From: Heterodontus francisci | Lineage: Eukaryota | Length of the DNA: 64,000 nucleotides | Direction of reading: 5' to 3' | NCBI RefSeq assembly: GCF_036365525.1 | Contig: NC_090419.1 | Span: forward strand, 930,001-994,000 | Shown: positions 60,215-64,000 of the stretch, piece after piece | Layout of the letters: each line of letters begins with the position of its first letter | Numbering within the stretch: the first letter of the stretch is position 1 | Translations under genes and position numbers: made by a program | The notes under the pieces: generated by a model | What the model was told of the DNA's origin: nothing | What the model saw: only the letters and a program-made list of their open reading frames with translations | Databases searched by the model: none

Positions 60215-61325
60215 TGAGTCGTAGAGATATACAGCACAGAAAGAGGCCCGTCGACCATTCGTGTCAGTTCCAGCCATCAAGCATGTAGCTATTTCAATTA
60301 TATCATATCTCCCCTCAGCCTACTGTGCTTTAAGGAAAACAACCCTAGCCTTTTCAGTCTCTCTGCATAGCTGAAATTCTCCAGCCCAGGCAACATCCTG
60401 GAGAATCTCATCTGCACCCTCTCCAGTGCAATCACATCTTTTCTATGGCGTGGGGCCAAGAAATGAACAAAGTACCCCAGCTGTGGCCTAACTAGCGTTT
60501 TATACAGCTCCCTCATATATTGTATGCCTGGGCTAATAAAGGCACGTATACCATATGCTTTCCTCATCACCTTATCTACCTGTGCTGCCGACTTCATTGA
60601 TCTAAGGACAAGAATACCAAGGTCCCACTGACCCTCTGTACTTCCTAGGGTCCTACTACCCATTGTATATTCTCTTGACATGGTAGTCCTCCCACACTGC
60701 ATCACCTCACACTTCTCAGGATTATATTCTATTTGCCACTGCTCCACCCATTTTACCAGCCAATCTATATCGTGTTGCAATCTAAGGCTTTCCTCCTCAC
60801 TATTTACAGCACCACCAATTTTCGTGTCATCTGTGAACATATTGATCATACCACCTGTTTCCAAGCATAAATCATTAATGTACACTACAAACAGCAAGGG
60901 ATCCAGCACCGATCCCTATGGTGCACCACTGGCCACAGTCTTCCACTCGTAAAGCCAACCCTCGACAATATCCCTCTGCTTTCTGCCACTAAACCTATTT
61001 TGGATCGAATTTACCAAGTTGCTCTGGATACCATGAGCTCTTATATTCTTAACCAATCTCCCATGTGGGACCTTATCAAACGCCTTACTGAAGTCCATGT
61101 CGACTACAGCAACTGCTTTGCCCTCACCTACACATCTCGTCACCTCCTCTAAAAATTCAATCAAGTTAGTTAGACAAGATATCCCCTGACAAAGCCATGC
61201 TGACTATCCCTGATTAATCCTTACCTGTCCAAGTGGAGATTAATTCTGTCCCTCAGAGCTTTTTCCAGTAGTTTCCCAACCACTGATGTTAGACGTACCG
61301 GCCTTTAATTACCTGATTTATCCCA
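60215..61325 (-). mobile_element. CR1 3' fragment upstream of copy D
   Basis: DFSKAFDKVPHGRL, YINDL, LERVQMRFSRMLPG. Confidence 0.85.
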
Positions 61326-62430
61326 CGATGTTGTGCCGAACCTTTAACCTACTCTAAGATCAAACTAACTACCTACCCTTCATTCTACCATCATCCATAT
61401 ACCTATCCAAGAGTAGCTTAAATGTCCCGAATGTATCTGCTTCTACTACCACCGCTGCAGCGCATTCCACGCACCCACCACTCTCTGTGTAAAGAACCTA
61501 CCTCTGACATCTCCCCGAAACCGTCCTCCAATCACCTTAAAATTATGCCCCCTGGTGATATCCCTTTCCATCCTGGGAAAAAGTATCTGGCTATCCACTC
61601 TATCTATGCCTCTCATCATCTTGTACCCCTCTATCAAGTCACCTCTCATCCTTCTTCGCTCCAATGAGAAAAGCCCTAGCTCCCTCAATCTTTCTTCATA
61701 AGACATGCCTTCCAGTCCAGGCAGCATCCTGGTAAATCTCCTCTGCACCCTCTCTAAAGCTTCCACATCCTTCCTATAATGAGGCGACTAGAACTCAACA
61801 CAATATTCCAAGTGTGGTCGAACCAGGGCCTTATAGAGCTGCAGCATAACCTCGTGGCTCTTAAACTCAATCCCCCTGTTAATGAAAGCCAACACACCAT
61901 ACGCCTTCTTAACAACCCTATCAACTTGGGTGGCAACTTTGAGGGATCTATGGACATGGACCCCAAGATCCCTCTGTTCCTCCACACTACCAAGAATCCT
62001 GTCTTTAAGCCTGTATTCTGCATTAAGATTCGACCTTCCAAAATGAATCACTTCACACTTTTCCAGGTTGAACTCCATCTGCCACTTCTCAGCCCAGCTC
62101 TGCATTCTGTCAATGTCCCGTTGCAACTTGGAACAGCCTTCCACACTATCCACAACTCCAGCAACCTTCGTGTCATCGGCAAACTTGCTAACCCAGCCTT
62201 CCACTTCCTCATCGAAGTCATTTATAAAAATCACAAAGAGCAGAGGTCCCAGAACAGATCCTTGCGGAACACCACTGGTCACCGAGCTCCATGCTGAATA
62301 CTTTCCATCTCCTCCCACCCTCTGACTTCTATGGGCCAGCCAATTTTGTATCCAGACAGCCAACTTTCCCTGAATCCCATGCCTCCTTACTTTCTGAATG
62401 AGCCGACCATGGGGAACCTTATCAAACCTC
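61325..62430 (-). mobile_element. Relatively young CR1 3' fragment
   Basis: 191-aa ORF with GVPQGSVLGPLLFVIFINDF..KFADDTK. Confidence 0.9.
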
Positions 62431-64000
62431 TTGTACCTCTCCTGTGAACAGAGAATATCTGAAAATTTCTGTCAGTGCCCCTGAAATCTCGTCCCTCGCC
62501 TTTCCTTTTGTCACTCAATAAAGTAAAATATTGACCCAATCCACATGGGATGTATGACAGTTGCTCAGTGAAGGAATGGTGGAAACAGCAGAGTCACCAG
62601 ATAGAAAATTTCAATCTTCCTTGGCTGTCGGAGGCAGCAGAGTACTGGAGGACTGGAGGAGAGAAGCAGAAGAACGGACAGCAAGCCAGCTACAGACGCA
62701 TCAAACAGTGAGTATGAGGTAAAAGGTGTTATGTCAGACTGGTGGAAGTCTGGAAGTGGTGTTCCACATTGACCAACGCTGGGAACAGTATCGTTCACCA
62801 GTTACATAAAAAATGAAGCACAATTTGCAACTTTGCTGACAAATCCACACTGAGAATATAGTTAATAAAGAAGAAGAATGCAACAAAGTAGCGAATTCAT
62901 TAAAATTATGTTTATAAACGTTAATAATGGACAATTGGACAGCAAATTAATTTCAATATAATGATATGTGAGGACTTTTGGTCAGAAGAATCAGGTTCTG
63001 AAATGCACCTTAGAACATAAGTGCATGAATAGGGTAGAGAGGAACAGGTAATCAGAGATAATGAGTTCAAATTAAAATTTAAAAGAGCAAACATGAAAGG
63101 TCACAGACCTAAAAAGTTAACTCTGTTTCTCACTCCATAGATGCTGCCAGACTTATTGAGTATTTCCAGGACTTTCTGTTTATTGAACTGGATTTCTCTT
63201 CGAAAGAAATGGAATTGAAAAAGCAGAGCTGATATTAAACTAATACAGAACCTTTGTTACACAACACTTAGCGTACAATGTGCAGTTCTGGTCTCCATGT
63301 TGCAAAAACGATATTGATTTACTGGAGAATATGCACTTATTTTAACCAGGATGATTCCAGAACTGAGAGAAGTGCGCTATTTATTTCATTGTTCACCATT
63401 TATTAATGCTATCATTTATTTCCCTCTGTCTGATCTTTGCATTTTGAAAACCAGATATGTATACTCCTCAGTTCTCCGTGACTCTTCTCACAGGGACACT
63501 CCTCACTGAGCTCAGAACAGTCAGTGGTACAGGTTACACGTGTAGAGACTCTGAATCATATGTAACAATATATCCATCAAATCTTAAGCAGTTCGAGAAT
63601 AGGTTGTTTCAATACCACAGTCCAATATTCTTCCTATGCAATAGCAAGACAATAAAATTCATCACTCCTGACACACAGATTTTTATGACCCAGCTGGGGG
63701 GAAGGCGATACTCAGCAGTAAAGTAAATGTAGTGTTTACAGTAACTATACTCAGAGCACAAAATTCATTCGACAGGGAATTAGAATGCTGTGACAATGCT
63801 ATGTGATGTCAGGAATTAATTAACATCCGTTTCTTTCGGTGCAGTTTAATGGGTGTCTCAAACTCCGTTTTTTCATGGTTGTGCTTTCAGACAGAACTGT
63901 TCATGATATGAACATAGGAAAATGGGAACATAGAAGCAAGAGTAGGCCATTCAGCCCTTGGAGCCTTCTTCGCCATTCAATTAAATTTGGCTGATAGTCT

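Overview
Eukaryotic, repeat-dense genomic DNA, almost certainly from a shark or other elasmobranch (many HE1/V-SINE-type tRNA SINEs and CR1-clade LINEs). The non-repeat content is a tandem cluster of four paralogous two-exon class A GPCR genes of the GPR139/GPR142-like type: copy A (partial exon 2, 2-625, +), copy B (exons ~27376-27556 and 34331-35226, +), copy C (exons ~50867-50666 and 45008-~44696, -; truncated by a LINE, likely pseudogene) and copy D (exons ~59962-59698 and 56210-55321, -). The paralogs have near-invariant intracellular faces, hypervariable extracellular loops and a variable-copy N-terminal 7/14-aa glycosylation repeat. Each sits in a duplicated cassette: conserved upstream motif block, shared intronic L2 and Penelope-like relics, a 3' GC-rich ~35-bp array with X-box-like palindromes, and a 10-bp-periodic AT array. 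Everything else is decayed, often nested CR1/L2-clade LINEs, SINEs, solo LTRs, Harbinger remnants and small tandem arrays. Repeat boundaries are approximate (read by eye); family names come from recalled knowledge, not database searches.
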